The position numbers and the translations under genes were made by a program. DNA of 63,833 nt, filler included, from Octopus bimaculoides (lineage: Eukaryota), in assembly GCF_001194135.2 (NCBI RefSeq). It is 9 parts of 9 records of this genome, joined end to end, with 100 filler letters (N's around TTAATTAATTAA, not from the genome) between each part and the next. Parts side by side here need not be neighbours in the genome. Positions count along the whole stretch, not along the records: positions 10,895 to 25,567 come from NC_068994.1; positions 25,668 to 34,453 come from NC_068986.1; 7 more parts are not named here. The stretch is one strand, 5' to 3'. Position 1 is the stretch's first letter. Each line of letters opens with the position of its first letter. Positions 12,141 to 25,845 of this stretch are shown here, piece after piece. The notes below the pieces were generated by a model. It was not told the DNA's origin. It saw only the letters and a program-made list of their open reading frames with translations, and searched no databases.

Positions 12141-13947
12141 CCTTTAGTGTTCAGACTGGCCAAAACTGGCTGAAAATAATTCCCCTTTATTTGTTTGAAT
12201 TGGCCACATCCAGCTCTATCTGATTCCTCTACGAAATTGCCAAATAATAAAAACAAATCACATTTATGAATTTTTGTAGCTTTGAGATAATGCAAAATAA
12301 AGCCTTTCCCACCTTTATTCAATTAAAAATACCGTGAAATTTTTGATACTTTTTGTTTTTTTCAACATTTGAAGAGAAATGTATATCTTAGTTTTTAATG
12401 ATATGGTACCAGCAAGTAGCGATTCCAACTTTGAATGTTTTACTTTTGATGATGTACAAAATATAAACAAAAACAACAAATATTGATATTTATGGATCTT
12501 CATCAAATGAGGAAGATTTTGACAACGAAAGGGATAAAAATGAAAATGATGATAACGATACTCAAAACATTACAGCAACATGGTTGAAGTTTGCTACATC
12601 AATTACAATCCCCAATTTCACAGAAAAGACTAGTCCACAACACAGTCTACCTTCCGATGCTCAACCATTGGACTATTTATTTTTATTTTTACTGAAAAGA
12701 TTTTTGAAACTGTCATGGAGGAAACAAATAAATATGCTCAATGCATAAGTTCTATTCATGGAAGACCCAATCCACTACGGCAACCAACTGATACTGTGGA
12801 AGTGCGACCTTTTTTTACTATAAACATTATATTTGGCATCAAGCAGCTTCCTCGACTGTAGAACTACTGGCACCCTGATGTAAGGTATGGTGATCCATAT
12901 ATCTCCAGCATCATATCTAACTATAGTAAATTCATATATTGTTTATGTAAAAAGTACCTCTGCTACCAAAGCACTACAACCATTTGAAATTTCGGGTTGA
13001 CATCGCATCTCAGTTACCTGAGGGATTTTCTTCCAGAAAGCACAGAACTGGGAGAAAAACAAAATTAATTGAGGTGAATGTCAACAGAGAAAATATTGAC
13101 TTCCATAAAGTGGAAAAGATAAATGGAAGGTAAATAGTTTGCAGACTGTGTTCGCCACAAAAAAGAGAAACTGTGAAAAGATATTAGGTCGAGACCTCAT
13201 ATATGTGTTTGTTTTGCAAAGTACCCTTGTGTAAAGGGTGCTTGGACAGTTTCATGATAGAAATATGGCATAACTATATTTTGTTGTTTGATAGTAATAC
13301 AATCATATATTCCATTCATTTTATTACAAATAATATATGAAAGTGAGAAATACATATTAATTTTCAGTACGTTAAACACCTGTATTCACCTTTGTTTCAC
13401 CTATTAATGAGCTTTTTTTATTAGATGCATTCTCTTATGTAAATGTATTCATTGTGAGTACATAGCCAATGGTATATTGACTAGTAAAAGAGTTTTGTAC
13501 TTTATTTTCAATGAAAATGCTTGAATGAAATATAGAGAAAGAATAAAATCTTGTACTGATTATATCTGTATTTTAATTGATTCAAATTAATGTACCTCAT
13601 CTTGAAAAGTGGCAAAATTGTTGGTGGTTGACATCTGGGATAATTTTAGCAACAAATCAAACAGGTAAGATGCATTAGGAATTTCAGTTTTAGTGTTTAT
13701 CCATAATGTTATTGTTTTTACACCTGTTAATTAAATTTACCTGCCCATAAAAGTCAAATTTAATCAGAAATTACATAACTATAAACCACTCGTATATAAG
13801 CACCCACTGACAAAATTTCAAATCTTCAGGTAAAACATTAACAAAGTAACAAGCAAATATTGTGGACACCCTCTTTAACCTGAATAATTCAAAATAATGA
13901 GAACAAATAAGCATTACATTGGACAGATTAACCTGAACACTAAAGGG
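12141..13947 (+). mobile_element. piggyBac deletion derivative (non-autonomous)
   Basis: TTAA at 12137-40 and 13948-51; TIR cc(c)tttagtgttcag / ctgaacactaaaggg; N-terminal PLDYLF..ETNKYA..IFGIKQLP..NYWHPD (12490-12920); Cys-rich C-terminus CRLC..ETSYMCLFCKVPLCKGC (13110-13250); no DDD core. Confidence 0.9.
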
Positions 13948-14402
13948 TTAAATAAGGAAGGAACACAGTGAACAATGTACCAACATGTCCTACCTCCAAG
14001 AAGACTTGTAAGTCATGGCTTGCATGCATTTGATCATAGGTTCACTTGAGCAGTTCATCGGGTAATAAATATAAATAACAGCAACTACTAGTACTACAGC
14101 TTCTATTATAATTAATATGACTACACCACATCACAGACAAAATAGAGAATATATTGAGAAAATGCAGAAAAGAGAAGGAAAAATATAAAAGAAAAATCAT
14201 AGAGGACACAACACTGTTTGAAGGAAGAGGAAGTTTATTTACAAAAATGTGAATGTCTGAATTTTTGAAGTTCAAATTGAAGTGTCTCTGAATTCTGTTA
14301 ACAAACAACATTGGCTCTTTTAGTATTATCACTGTTATTAGTAGAAACAGTTATGGTCCATACTTAATCCCATTTCTAATTGTCATTGTTATTATTTTTT
14401 TC

Positions 14403-14615
14403 AAGGCAGTGAGCTGGCAGAATAATTGCTACAACAGAGAAAACGCTCAGTAGCATCTCTTCCCACTCTTTATGTTCTGAATTCAAATTCTGCCAAGGTC
14501 GACTTTGTCTTTCAACATCTTCAGGTTTCAATAAAATAAATACCAATTGAGCTGTGGGGCTGATGTAATCAACTTACCCTTACCTTGCAAAATTGCTGGC
14601 CTTAAGCCAAAAAAA
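14403..14615 (+). mobile_element. tRNA-derived SINE family A
   Basis: aaggcagtgagctggcagaat...ttcaaattctgccaaggtcgactttg...gctggcctt. Confidence 0.85.
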
Positions 14616-15160
14616 TAGGAATAATTAATTATTATTTCTTCATATTTTCACTTGGAGAGAAAATTGTGGATTGAGTGGTAGTTGCTGCGCTGAGTATATT
14701 TGTTGAGAGATAGATGAATGTGGTCTAAATTACCCAAATGACTAGGACTACACTCGAAATGTACTTCGAGGCCTTGGAGCTCAACTAGCACAGAATTTTT
14801 ATAGTTGGTAGTCAGAGTAAACTTGGATCTGTGGGATTCCAGGAATGGTGCTTGGGTATTGTTTCTGTCTTCAAACATCTCATTTAAATCCATTTACAAA
14901 GTTGGAGCTTTTGTTTTTTATTACTCAATATTTCTATACTTTGTTCTTGTATTTCTTCAGCCACTAAACTTGTGGCATTTTAGTTTCAGCCCTTTGTGTT
15001 CAGAGTTGAAACTCTGCCTTTCAAATTTATGGTATCGATATAATAAATTGCCACTCAAGTACTGGTATTAATTGAATAGCCTCATCACCACAAAAAGTTG
15101 CAAGCCTTTTGACCTTCATCATTATTATTGCTGTTCTTTTCTTTTTTGCATGTTTATGTT

Positions 15161-15181
<21 letters not shown>

Positions 15182-15191
<10 letters not shown>

Positions 15192-15942
15192 GGATAAGAT
15201 CGTTATTTAAAATACCGATCCTATCAGGTGGCCAGCATGGGAATAAAAACCTCAAAAGGTAATAATTATTATTAAAATTATAATTAAGGGTATATAAGAG
15301 ATACCACCATGCTTGAAATAGCAGCCAAAACTTGACTCTAAAACCACATTAAATGTTCATACAGCACCAGTAGAGAATACAAAAAGACAAAATAAACTAG
15401 CAAAAAAATTACTAGATAATTCCAGATCCCGGATTTCTGGCTCTGCATAAGAAATGCATTGCCTTCATCAGTGGAATATACTCAGATAGCACATAAATAC
15501 AAATATATATATATATANNNNNNNNNNNNNNNNNNNNNNNNNNNNNNNNNNNNNNNNNNNNNNNNNNNNNNNNNNNNNNNNNNNNNNNNCTTACATATAT
15601 GAACGTATACATACATATATATATGCACATATGCACACGTCCAGTTTAAAATGCCTGCCTAAAACTCCTCGTGCGATATGGTCAAAATGCCATCACAGTG
15701 AATATAATGATGAAATAAATATATAAATAAGGATAAGATCATTATTTAAAATACCGATCCTATCAGGTAGCCAGCATGGGAATAAAAACCTCAAAATGTA
15801 ATAATTATTATTAAAATTATAATTAAGGGTATCTAAGAGATACCACCATGCTTGAAATAGTAGCCAAAACCTGACTCTAAAGCCACATTAAATGTTCATA
15901 CAGCACCAGGAGAGAAGACAAAAAGACAAAATAAACTAGCAA
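15182..15942 (-). mobile_element. Hammerhead-containing element with ~220-bp direct repeats (period ~540, includes a gap)
   Basis: 15182-15403 nearly identical to 15721-15942 with scattered substitutions; HHR between. Confidence 0.7.
15419..15477 (-). ncRNA. Type I hammerhead ribozyme, predicted cleavage after AUC
   Basis: attcca-CTGATGA-a ggc aa tgcat ttctt atgca ga gcc a-GAAA-tc cgg ga-TC-tggaat. Confidence 0.88.
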
Positions 15943-16834
15943 TATATACAGGATTATATACAAACATATATACAAACACAAACATACAAACGTTTGTGGG
16001 TGTGTGCATGCAAGCGTTTGTGTGTATGTATGAATGTATGTATGCTTATTATGTGATAACACCTCATGTGTATATATGTTTATACACACACGGGGTGTTA
16101 TTACACATTACACATACATACATTTATACATAAGTTTGTGCGTATGCATGTATATATATATATATAGATATGAATGTATCTATGCGTACTGTATGAAAAC
16201 ACCCCATGTAGAATAAAGAAACAGACCTTATGACCATCTATCATCCACCTATCCAGCTAGCCACTAATCCCACCCCTACACATACTCATACACAGAACTG
16301 AAATTCACCTTTTCAAGATATGGTACCTAATTTATAGCACAGTGTGAAAATACCAGAAAAATCTGTCATTGTCCTTTCAAATGCAAAAGAAACTTTTGAA
16401 AGGATTGCTTAGATTTTAGGGTTACGTTACATATTTTTGAATTTTCAACTGATACATAGGAAGGTAAGCAGGCTCATCCAAACATTTAAAGTAAGTCATG
16501 TGTGATATATCTTTTCCATATTTTTATTTATTTGCTTATTATTTTATGAAGGTGGTATTTTCATTCTATCAACATAATATCCATTGCCCTACTGTAATCA
16601 TCCTTTTATGTTCACTTCTCATGCTATAATCCATACTTCAGAACTTGCCACAAGAAGAATACTCAATTCAAATTAGAGTTTCCATTTTAGAAAACTAAGA
16701 GGATTGAGTAGATACTATAAACAATATGCACACTCATTCTCTTTCACCTTCTTTTGCTATATATATACATAAGTGCTAATGCTCAAAACCCCTGGCCCTT
16801 ATATCCCTCTGTTACTGTGGCTACATACTGATAA

Positions 16835-16880
<46 letters not shown>

Positions 16881-17446
16881 TATATATATACCAGCATGAA
16901 ACATGGACATTAAATGCAGCTGATATAGATTATTCTTATATTATATATATATGTGTGTATACACACTCACACCTACACAAGCACACAGATTATATATTTC
17001 CTCTATATTATATATACGTTATATATTTTATATATATCATCATCATTTAACAATCCCTTTTTAGTCCCTGGACTATTTATATAAACGTTATATATTTTAT
17101 GTACATTATAATTTATGTGTTCTATATAATGCATATATATATATATATATATAAAAACATACAATAAACCACACAGTGTAGATAACAAAAAAATGAAGTC
17201 AATTTAGCTTCTTAGATCCAAGCCAGTCTTAATTTTTTAGATAATATATATAGTGTTACAGAAATACAGCACACAGGATAAGACACTCTCAATTAGATAC
17301 ACTGTACGCATGAATGTGTGTTTGAGTGTATGTGAGTGTGTACATGCACATATATATATATATATATAAACACAAACAAATACACATATATAATATACAG
17401 TAACACATACATATATACACAATTATTCATCTATCTATCTTTCTAT

Positions 17447-17502
<56 letters not shown>

Positions 17503-17850
17503 ACACACACACTTGTGTATATATTCATATGTTCACACACACATATAAACACATACGTGCACCCACTCATACATCATACACACTTCCATATCATAATTGG
17601 AGGATAGCTCTTCATTTATGCATGTTTGGTGAAATACGTGACTAGAATGCGTGTTAACTGTTTTGTTATATAGAACCATTCACTTTTTCTTTACTTTACT
17701 AGATATTTTATACGTACTTATGTACATACACAGATACGTATTCAGACATGTGTAAAGATGTATTTGTGAATATACATATACATGCATGCATACACACATA
17801 TATGTACATGTATGCACACACAAACAGACATATCTCCATACACGTATATA

Positions 17851-17919
<69 letters not shown>

Positions 17920-18157
17920 NNNNNNNNNNNNCACAAAAGCATAGTTAAGAAATATAGGAGATTTTTTTCTCTGCCTAGAGAAGGAAATCAGTTGGAAAAC
18001 TAAATACTCTATTCTAGCACCTTAAAATATCCCACACTACTCCCTACCACCTTCAACTTCAATTATGGGAATGACATGTTCCTTGTCACTAAGCCAACGT
18101 TAGGAGAAAAATTGTATAACAAAAAATATAATGAAAATAATAATAATAATAATAATG

Positions 18158-18188
<31 letters not shown>

Positions 18189-18442
18189 TAATACACCATA
18201 GGGCATATGAATTATTAATTCTAAAGAAAATATGTGTATTGTGTATATGTATATGTCTACACATGCATGCATATACATGTACATACATACACATGCACAC
18301 ACATAGAAAATTTAGCGTTGAAGCTACATAACTATATCACTAAAGGTCCAAGACTTTCGTGCATAGCAATATACATGAAATTATAGTATGTGCAGTTGTC
18401 TATGTGTGTGTATGTGCACGCACATGTGTGTGTATGTATAAG

Positions 18443-18487
<45 letters not shown>

Positions 18488-18902
18488 ANNNNNNNNNNGT
18501 AAGTTCATATATATATATATATATACACACACTAGGGCACCTATGGTTAAAGATATATTGATATATACATACGCATATATATGCATACATATACGCAAAT
18601 GTATATACTTATATACATAAGACGAATGCAACTGTAGGAGACCAGTTTTCTATGCTTTATCTTGCCTTTATGTTTACATATCCCTTTATCTACCTATCTA
18701 TCTATCTGTATATCTATCTATCTATATATATATATGTATATATTTATATATATATGCACACACATACATATATACATGTACATACATATAAATGCATACA
18801 TACACACACATATACATGTATCTATGTACATACACACACATGCATATATATGCCCACATACATACATGTCTGCATTCATAGGCATATACACATGTATGCA
18901 TA

Positions 18903-18936
<34 letters not shown>

Positions 18937-20108
18937 TATATTTATATAACTTGGGTAAGATGAGGTCCCTTAACACAACAAGGTGAGCACTACCTCTGAA
19001 TACATGCTGAATGCAACTGTGACATGCCCTCCAACCCATATCAGCACGGAAAGTGGTAGTAAAATGAAGATTTATCCATATATATTTACACGCCACCACC
19101 CTCATACACACACACATTCAGATCTCAGTGACAAGTGTGCAAATGTAAAATAAAGAAGATCTCTCAGTGCAAGTCAAGGATATGAAATATTTATATTGGC
19201 AATTTGATTTACACCTGCATTACTTAATGTTTCACCAATGTAGAAGCAACAACCCTCATTCAGATGCTACAGTTCTGACTCAGAAAACAATGACAAATCT
19301 TAAAAATAGGTTGTAGCCATTGGATATATGAATCTTGCTTCTCTTAATTAATTTAGGTCACATTATGGGCCAAGAAGTTGAACTACACTCAGTGTTGTAC
19401 CAGTTGCTAGGAGCTAATGAAGGACTGTTGATTGGGGACAACTCTAACATAGCACAACTGAGTAATTTCCTTTGTTTTTTATCAGAAAATCAAGTAAAAT
19501 TTCCATTATCTGGAGGTGTTAGGATGGGGTAAATGACCAACCCAGCTTAACATGGTATATATTGAATAAGAATCTTCCTTATTCATCTGGAGTCATTCTG
19601 TATCTCACTGAGAAATTCACATAATGCAACAACTCGCTATATTCTTTAACAAAAAGACTGACCTTTCATGATGTTGTCAACAATGAAACTCATGATTCTC
19701 TAATTTTTAGTGGAATTTCTAATAAAAGCAAGGGAAACCATTTTTACCTATTGCTTCACAGCTTTATTCCATTCAGCAATCATTCAACAATACACAACAG
19801 CTGCTATAACATCTAGCAGACATATGAGTACAAGCTCCTTCACAAGACCAGAACTGACAAATACAAACAAATCTTATATGTCACCCTTTAATAATCAACC
19901 TTCTTTATGACACATGGCAGCTTCCCCACTTAAAACTACAGCATTTGATCAGTCAGATACACTTAACGCAGGTATATGTTACAAATGTTTGTGTGTGTAT
20001 GTGTGTAATGTGAACATGTATATATGCACACAAGTGTTCTTTGTATGTACAAATATACAATATACATGTACATGCACAGAGTTATCTGTGTGTGTGCTTA
20101 TACACTTA

Positions 20109-20148
<40 letters not shown>

Positions 20149-20436
20149 NNNNNNNNNNNNNNNNNNNNNNNNNNNNNNNNNNNNNNNNNNNNNNNNNNNN
20201 NNNNNNNNNNNNNNNNNNNNNNNNNNNNNNNNNNNNNNNNNNNNNNNNTATTTTTACCGTTGATTCTGTTGTCGCTCTATTTGATGTCATGGGTGTTTTG
20301 GTTTGTGTGTGTGTTTGTGTGTGCTAGTGTTGTTGATGTTGTTATTACGGTTGCTGTATGTTGCTGTATGTTGTTGTTGTACTCAGCAAAGCGATTTCGT
20401 GAAGGGTATAATTAAATATATATGTTTGAGAAATAA

Positions 20437-20478
<42 letters not shown>

Positions 20479-20670
20479 ATGCGTATTTGAATATGTGTGT
20501 ATGTCTATCTGTATATGCATAAACATGTACCTGCGTGTGTATGTAAATGTTCCCGTGTATCTGTTTTTGATTAGGGAAGCTTAGACGTTCTATATGGGTT
20601 CATGACACGAATGTTTGTAATTGTATATGTATGTATGCATGCAGGTATGTATGCATGTATACATGTATGT

Positions 20671-20701
<31 letters not shown>

Positions 20702-21064
20702 GATATATATATCCACATATCTCTATACACACATATACTCACAACATATATATAAGAATGTGTATAAGTCTGTATGGGTGCATACACAAACGTACGCACC
20801 CACGCACATACGAACATACACGCATATATGTGTGTACACAAATATAAGCATTCGCATATGTTGAGGAACGCAAATAAGAAAAAATGTAATAAATGCATGT
20901 AATAGAGTTTTATTCATTTGCATAGATTCACGCATGCGCAGACGTTCAGACTCTGTACATGAATGCCATAGTATACGCACATATGCATACATACATAGAT
21001 ATATACATACATACCTACATATATACATGCATGTATACATACATTCATATATATTTTTATGTAT

Positions 21065-21400
21065 ATACATACAAGTTGGGTCTCCTAAAGGGGTCTCAGG
21101 GAGTAGCATCCCTGCCTTCCTGAACCAGGTTTCCACCACATTTCTTTAAAATCGTGGCTGAGTCCTTGGCCTCGGGACCACTCATGTCTAGAAATTGAGG
21201 TTGGGGGGTAAGCAAGGGCATGCTCCCCGTTGAAAATCCAGCTCCAAAAAAGGCCTCATGATAGCAAGGGAGAATGGGCACCAGCCAGCCCAAAGGGTGG
21301 GGTGGGCTGCACCTGCCTACCTCAGTTGCTATGGCATTGGGGTAGAACCGGCCATTCCTGTTGATGGGGACAAAACCCGGATTTGAAACACTGGATGACG
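21065..21400. repeat. Unclassified GC-rich interspersed segment between microsatellites
   Basis: Abrupt GC rise; gggtaagcaagggcatgctccccgttgaaaatcc resembles RTE/SINE terminal motifs. Confidence 0.35.
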
Positions 21401-21401
21401 A

Positions 21402-21434
<33 letters not shown>

Positions 21435-21746
21435 TATATACAGTCATGCACAGCAACAATGGAAAATTTCCTGAGGTTGTTTTCTGCACACAGAACGAAT
21501 AGTTATGCGCAGGTTATCGCACCGTGAAAATAAATTTTAAATTGACATAAATTAGTAACATAAATTAGTAACAAAACCATTATTAAGGTTAAGGAGACTT
21601 TCAATTACCTTAATTCTCCTCTGGATATCGATAATTCTTTATTCCTTTACTGAAATGCACACAGTTCCCTCCCTTACCTTCTCTTGATAATAATCTTCAT
21701 TTACGCTAGAAGCACTACACCTACTTAAAGCAATCGAATTTTCAAT

Positions 21747-21984
21747 TTTCAGTCATTTGACTGCGGCCATGCTGGAGCACCGCCTTTAGTCGAGCAAATC
21801 AACCCCAGGACTTATTGGCTGGAAGTCTACTACTTATTCTATCGGCCTCTTTTACTGAACTGCTAAGTTACGGGGACGTAAACACACCACCATCGGTTGT
21901 CAAGCGATGGTGGGGGGGGGACAAACGCAGACACACAAACACACATACATATATATATATACAAATATACGACAGGCTTCTTTC
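21747..21984 (-). mobile_element. SINE family C, 3' part
   Basis: Reverse complement of aaggcggtgctccagcatggccgcagtcaaatgactgaaa tail. Confidence 0.85.
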
Positions 21985-22128
21985 NNNNNNNNNNNNNNNN
22001 NNNNNNNNNNNNNNNNNNNNNNNNNNNNNNNNNNNNNNNNNNNNNNNNNNNNNNNNNNNNNNNNNNNNNNNNNNNNNNNNNNNNNNNNNNNNNNNNNNNN
22101 NNNNNNNNNNNNNNNNNNNNNNNNNNNN

Positions 22129-22156
<28 letters not shown>

Positions 22157-22159
<3 letters not shown>

Positions 22160-22345
22160 GAGAATATACGAAAAAACAACAACAGACGAGGACAGGTGGT
22201 GTAAATAACAAAAGTATATATTAGTATGACGCTCGGGAATACGGAAAGTCTTTGACGTTTCGAGCTACGCTCTTCAACAGAAAGAATACGGAGACAAGGA
22301 GAAAAACACGGTGAAAAAAAATTGAATAGTGTCCAGTCAACGGTC
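22157..22345 (-). mobile_element. ~190-bp hammerhead-bearing mini-element between (TA)n tracts
   Basis: (TA)n on both sides; contains a minimal HHR. Confidence 0.65.
22249..22285 (-). ncRNA. Minimal hammerhead variant with CUGUUGA core
   Basis: tcttt-CTGTTGA-a-gagc gta gctc-GAAA-C-GTC-aaaga. Confidence 0.65.
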
Positions 22346-22359
22346 AATCATAATAATGA

Positions 22360-22395
<36 letters not shown>

Positions 22396-23793
22396 GTTCG
22401 TGTGTGTATGTATATCGTTCAGTTCTTTTTCAAGATTTTTTGGCCAAAAGAGAAAGAGCCGGTTCCTAACCTAGAATCAAGGCTCCTTCATTGTATGTAT
22501 GTATATGTTATACACACACACACACTCACATATATATATATATATACATATATACATACACGAATGCATACATAGTTATATAAGAGGAAAACTGTGTAGA
22601 TGTTACATAACGAGATACAAAGGCCAATCCTTCTAAAAATCAAAGATATGTCGTCTGCCGCGTTCGAAATATATTTTGGAAGAAATGGGAGAAAGCAGAC
22701 GATAGAAAGAACATTTGCTAATTTTCATGATTTGTCGTTGTTTTCTTTGAATTTTACTTTATATTTCACACACACACACACGTATTTATATAGTTCTGTT
22801 TTTTGTTCTCCTTTCTCATGAATTGCAAGAAAAATGTCGAAATAATGTGAGCAAGTAACGGACATTTTAAGACTGGAGCGCGTGGTGATGTTTTAACGTG
22901 ATGACTGACGAGATTTTAAAATACGTACAGACATATATCAGCACACATCCAAACGCGCTAACACACATACACACACACGAATACACACTAACACACACTG
23001 AGGATGGATATAACGGAAGTATCTTAAAAGACAATGTCGGTAATTCCTACATCGGTTTTCTGGTCATTGTTGTCGTTTTTGTTGTTGTTGCAGCTGCTGC
23101 TGTTGTTGTTGTTGTTGCTATTTGGTATCTCTTTGGCAGTTCTAATCTTGGTCGTTGACAGGAGACGCACGCACACACAGACACACATATATCCACACTC
23201 CCACACACACACAAACATACGCACAGGCAAACACACACACACAAATACATACAACCAAGCACAGATGCACACACAAACACATACGCTAATACACATATAA
23301 AGCCCACGCGCAAATACAAGCACATACACCAACACACACACACAAATAAATACACTAACGCATAGACCCATACAAACTAACATACACACACAAACACACA
23401 CACATACAAACACACGAACACGCAAGCAAATATGCTAACACGCACAGAAGCACACGCAAAAAACACAGACAGTAGCACAATTACAACACACAAACACAGG
23501 CAATCACATACATACACACACATATACGTATACATGCAGAAACGCACACAAATATACATACACCTACACACACATTCAAACTTTAAAAAAAAACACTCAA
23601 ACACGCGAACACACAGACACACACACGCAAAAACATAGACCCCACACACAAAGCAGACATACACACACACACACACACACACAAACACACAAAGCAGAGA
23701 GACACACACACCCACTCTCTCTCTCAGACGAATATCAAAGTAGACAGCGTAAAACGTTTCACCGTTAAAAACATTGAGCAGTTATTGACAGTG

Positions 23794-24338
23794 TTTAACC
23801 CTAGGTTACTCTCGATCCAGTTAACCTATGATCAAAGGTGTTCCTACTATGACCATCCTGTCTTTTATTCTGACATAATGTATCAAGGACTACATTATAC
23901 AACGTGTGCTTCGCTGTCGTTATCGCGTTTCACATAGCAGCCATGTTGATATGATTGCTATTTAACCCTCGGTCAATCTTGATCCATTGGTAGGTCTTGA
24001 TCCAGCAGACCTATGATCAAAGATGTTCCATCGGTGACCATCCCATTTTTTTATTCGGGCATTGTCTATCAAGGACTACATTATCTAATGTGCCCTTCAT
24101 TGTTGCTTCCATGGGGAAGTATTGACCCAACAGACCTATGATAGAAGCCATGCCAGCCATGACCATCCTGTCTTTTATTCTGGCATAGTGTATCTAGGAC
24201 TACATTATGAAATGTGACCTTCCTTGATTTTGTTTAGCCCTAGGTTATACCTGATCAAGCAGGCGTATAATCAGAGCCGTTCCAGCTGTGACCATCCTGT
24301 CTTTTATTCTGACATAGTGTATCTAGGACTACATTATC
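23794..24338 (+). repeat. Tandem array of 4 diverged family E units
   Basis: Recurring cctatgatcaaag...tgaccatcctgtcttttattctgacatagtgtatctaggactacattat. Confidence 0.85.
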
Positions 24339-24347
24339 TTTTATTCT

Positions 24348-24721
24348 TCGACTGAGTTGGCAGATTCGTTACCATAACGGACAAAATGCTTAGCGGCATT
24401 TCGTCCGTCCTTCAGCTCTGCGATCACAATTTCGCCGAGATCGACTTTGCCCCTCATGCATTTTGAAGACGATAAAATAAGTACCAGTTTTGGACTGGGT
24501 CGATGTAATCGACTACCCCCACACACACACCGAAATTGCTGATCTTGTGCCAACATTTGAAACCGTTATTAAAAATAAACATGGCGGCGAGCTGGCAGAA
24601 TCGCTAGCACGCTTGACTAAGGTGTTTTGCGGAATTTCGCCCGTCGCTAAGTTCCGAGTTCAAATTCCGCTGAGGTCGACTTTGCCTTTCATCTTTTCGG
24701 GGTCGATAAATTAACTACCAT
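24348..24721 (+). mobile_element. Two head-to-tail SINE family A copies (24348-24570, 24581-24721)
   Basis: Both have the gctggcagaatcg head and the gtcgactttgcc core. Confidence 0.85.
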
Positions 24722-25072
24722 NNNNNNNNNNNNNNNNNNNNNNNNNNNNNNNNNNNNNNNNNNNNNNNNNNNNNNNNNNNNNNNNNNNNNNNNNNNNNNN
24801 NNNNNNNNNNNNNNNNNNNNNNNNNNNNNNNNNNNNNNNNNNNNNNNNNNNNNNNNNNNNNNNNNNNNNNNNNNNNNNNNNNNNNNNNNNNNNNNNNNNN
24901 NNNNNNNNNNNNNNNNNNNNNNNNNNNNNNNNNNNNNNNNNNNNNNNNNNNNNNNNNNNNNNNNNNNNNNNNNNNNNNNNNNNNNNNNNNNNNNNNNNNN
25001 NNNNNNNNNNNNNNNNNNNNNNNNNNNNNNNNNNNNNNNNNNNNNNNNNNNNNNNNNNNNNNNNNNNNCGAG

Positions 25073-25230
25073 CTACCACGTAGAAGTCTCCCTCAATGGC
25101 TCATGACATAGATACATAAGGCTCAAAGTGGTGATTTGGAGGAAAATTTGGTTGCAATCTCTCTCAGCTGTAGCCACCATGTAGAAGGCTCCCTCGTTGG
25201 CTCATGATATATGTACATAAGGGCCCCTCA
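25073..25230 (+). repeat. Short tandem duplication (ccac[ga]tagaag.ctccctc..tggctcatga.ata)
   Basis: Units near 25073-25110 and 25173-25220. Confidence 0.6.
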
Positions 25231-25239
25231 CTGAATCAT

Positions 25240-25567
25240 GTTGTTGTTGTTGTTGGCACTCCGTCAATTACGACGTCGAGGATTCCAGTTGATCCGATCA
25301 ACGGAACAACCTGCTCGTGAAATTAACGTGCAAGTGGCTGAGCACTCCACAGACACGTGTACCCTTAACGTAGTTCTCAGGGATATTCAGCGTGACACAG
25401 AGTGTGACAAGGCTGACCCCTTTGAAATACAGGTACAACAGAAACAGGAAGAAAGAGTGAGAGAAAGTTGTGGTGAAAGAGTACAGCAGGGTTCGCCACC
25501 ATCCCCTGCCGGAGCCTCGTGGAGCTTTTAGGTGTTTTCGCTCAATAAACACTCACAACGCCCGGTC
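25240..25567 (-). mobile_element. SINE family B, 5'-truncated by a gap
   Basis: High-identity reverse complement of 62045-62361; (AAC)n tail. Confidence 0.92.
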
Positions 25568-25762
25568 NNNNNNNNNNNNNNNNNNNNNNNNNNNNNNNNN
25601 NNNNNNNNNNNTTAATTAATTAANNNNNNNNNNNNNNNNNNNNNNNNNNNNNNNNNNNNNNNNNNNNAACACCTACATGAACTTCTAACTTGTTGTCTCT
25701 TGAGGTCTCTGGGTGAGACTTGGATCCAACTTGTACAAATGCAAAACAAAAGTCAAACATAA

Positions 25763-25845
<83 letters not shown>

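Noticed and set aside
14648-14893. 81-aa minus ORF as a possible terminal exon
   Set aside because: No recognisable homology and a weak acceptor
19660-19860. Splice-bounded minus-strand segment
   Set aside because: Stops in all three frames
21358-21395. CTGTTGA...GAAAC hammerhead-like words
   Set aside because: No stem III/NUH site and no stem I pairing
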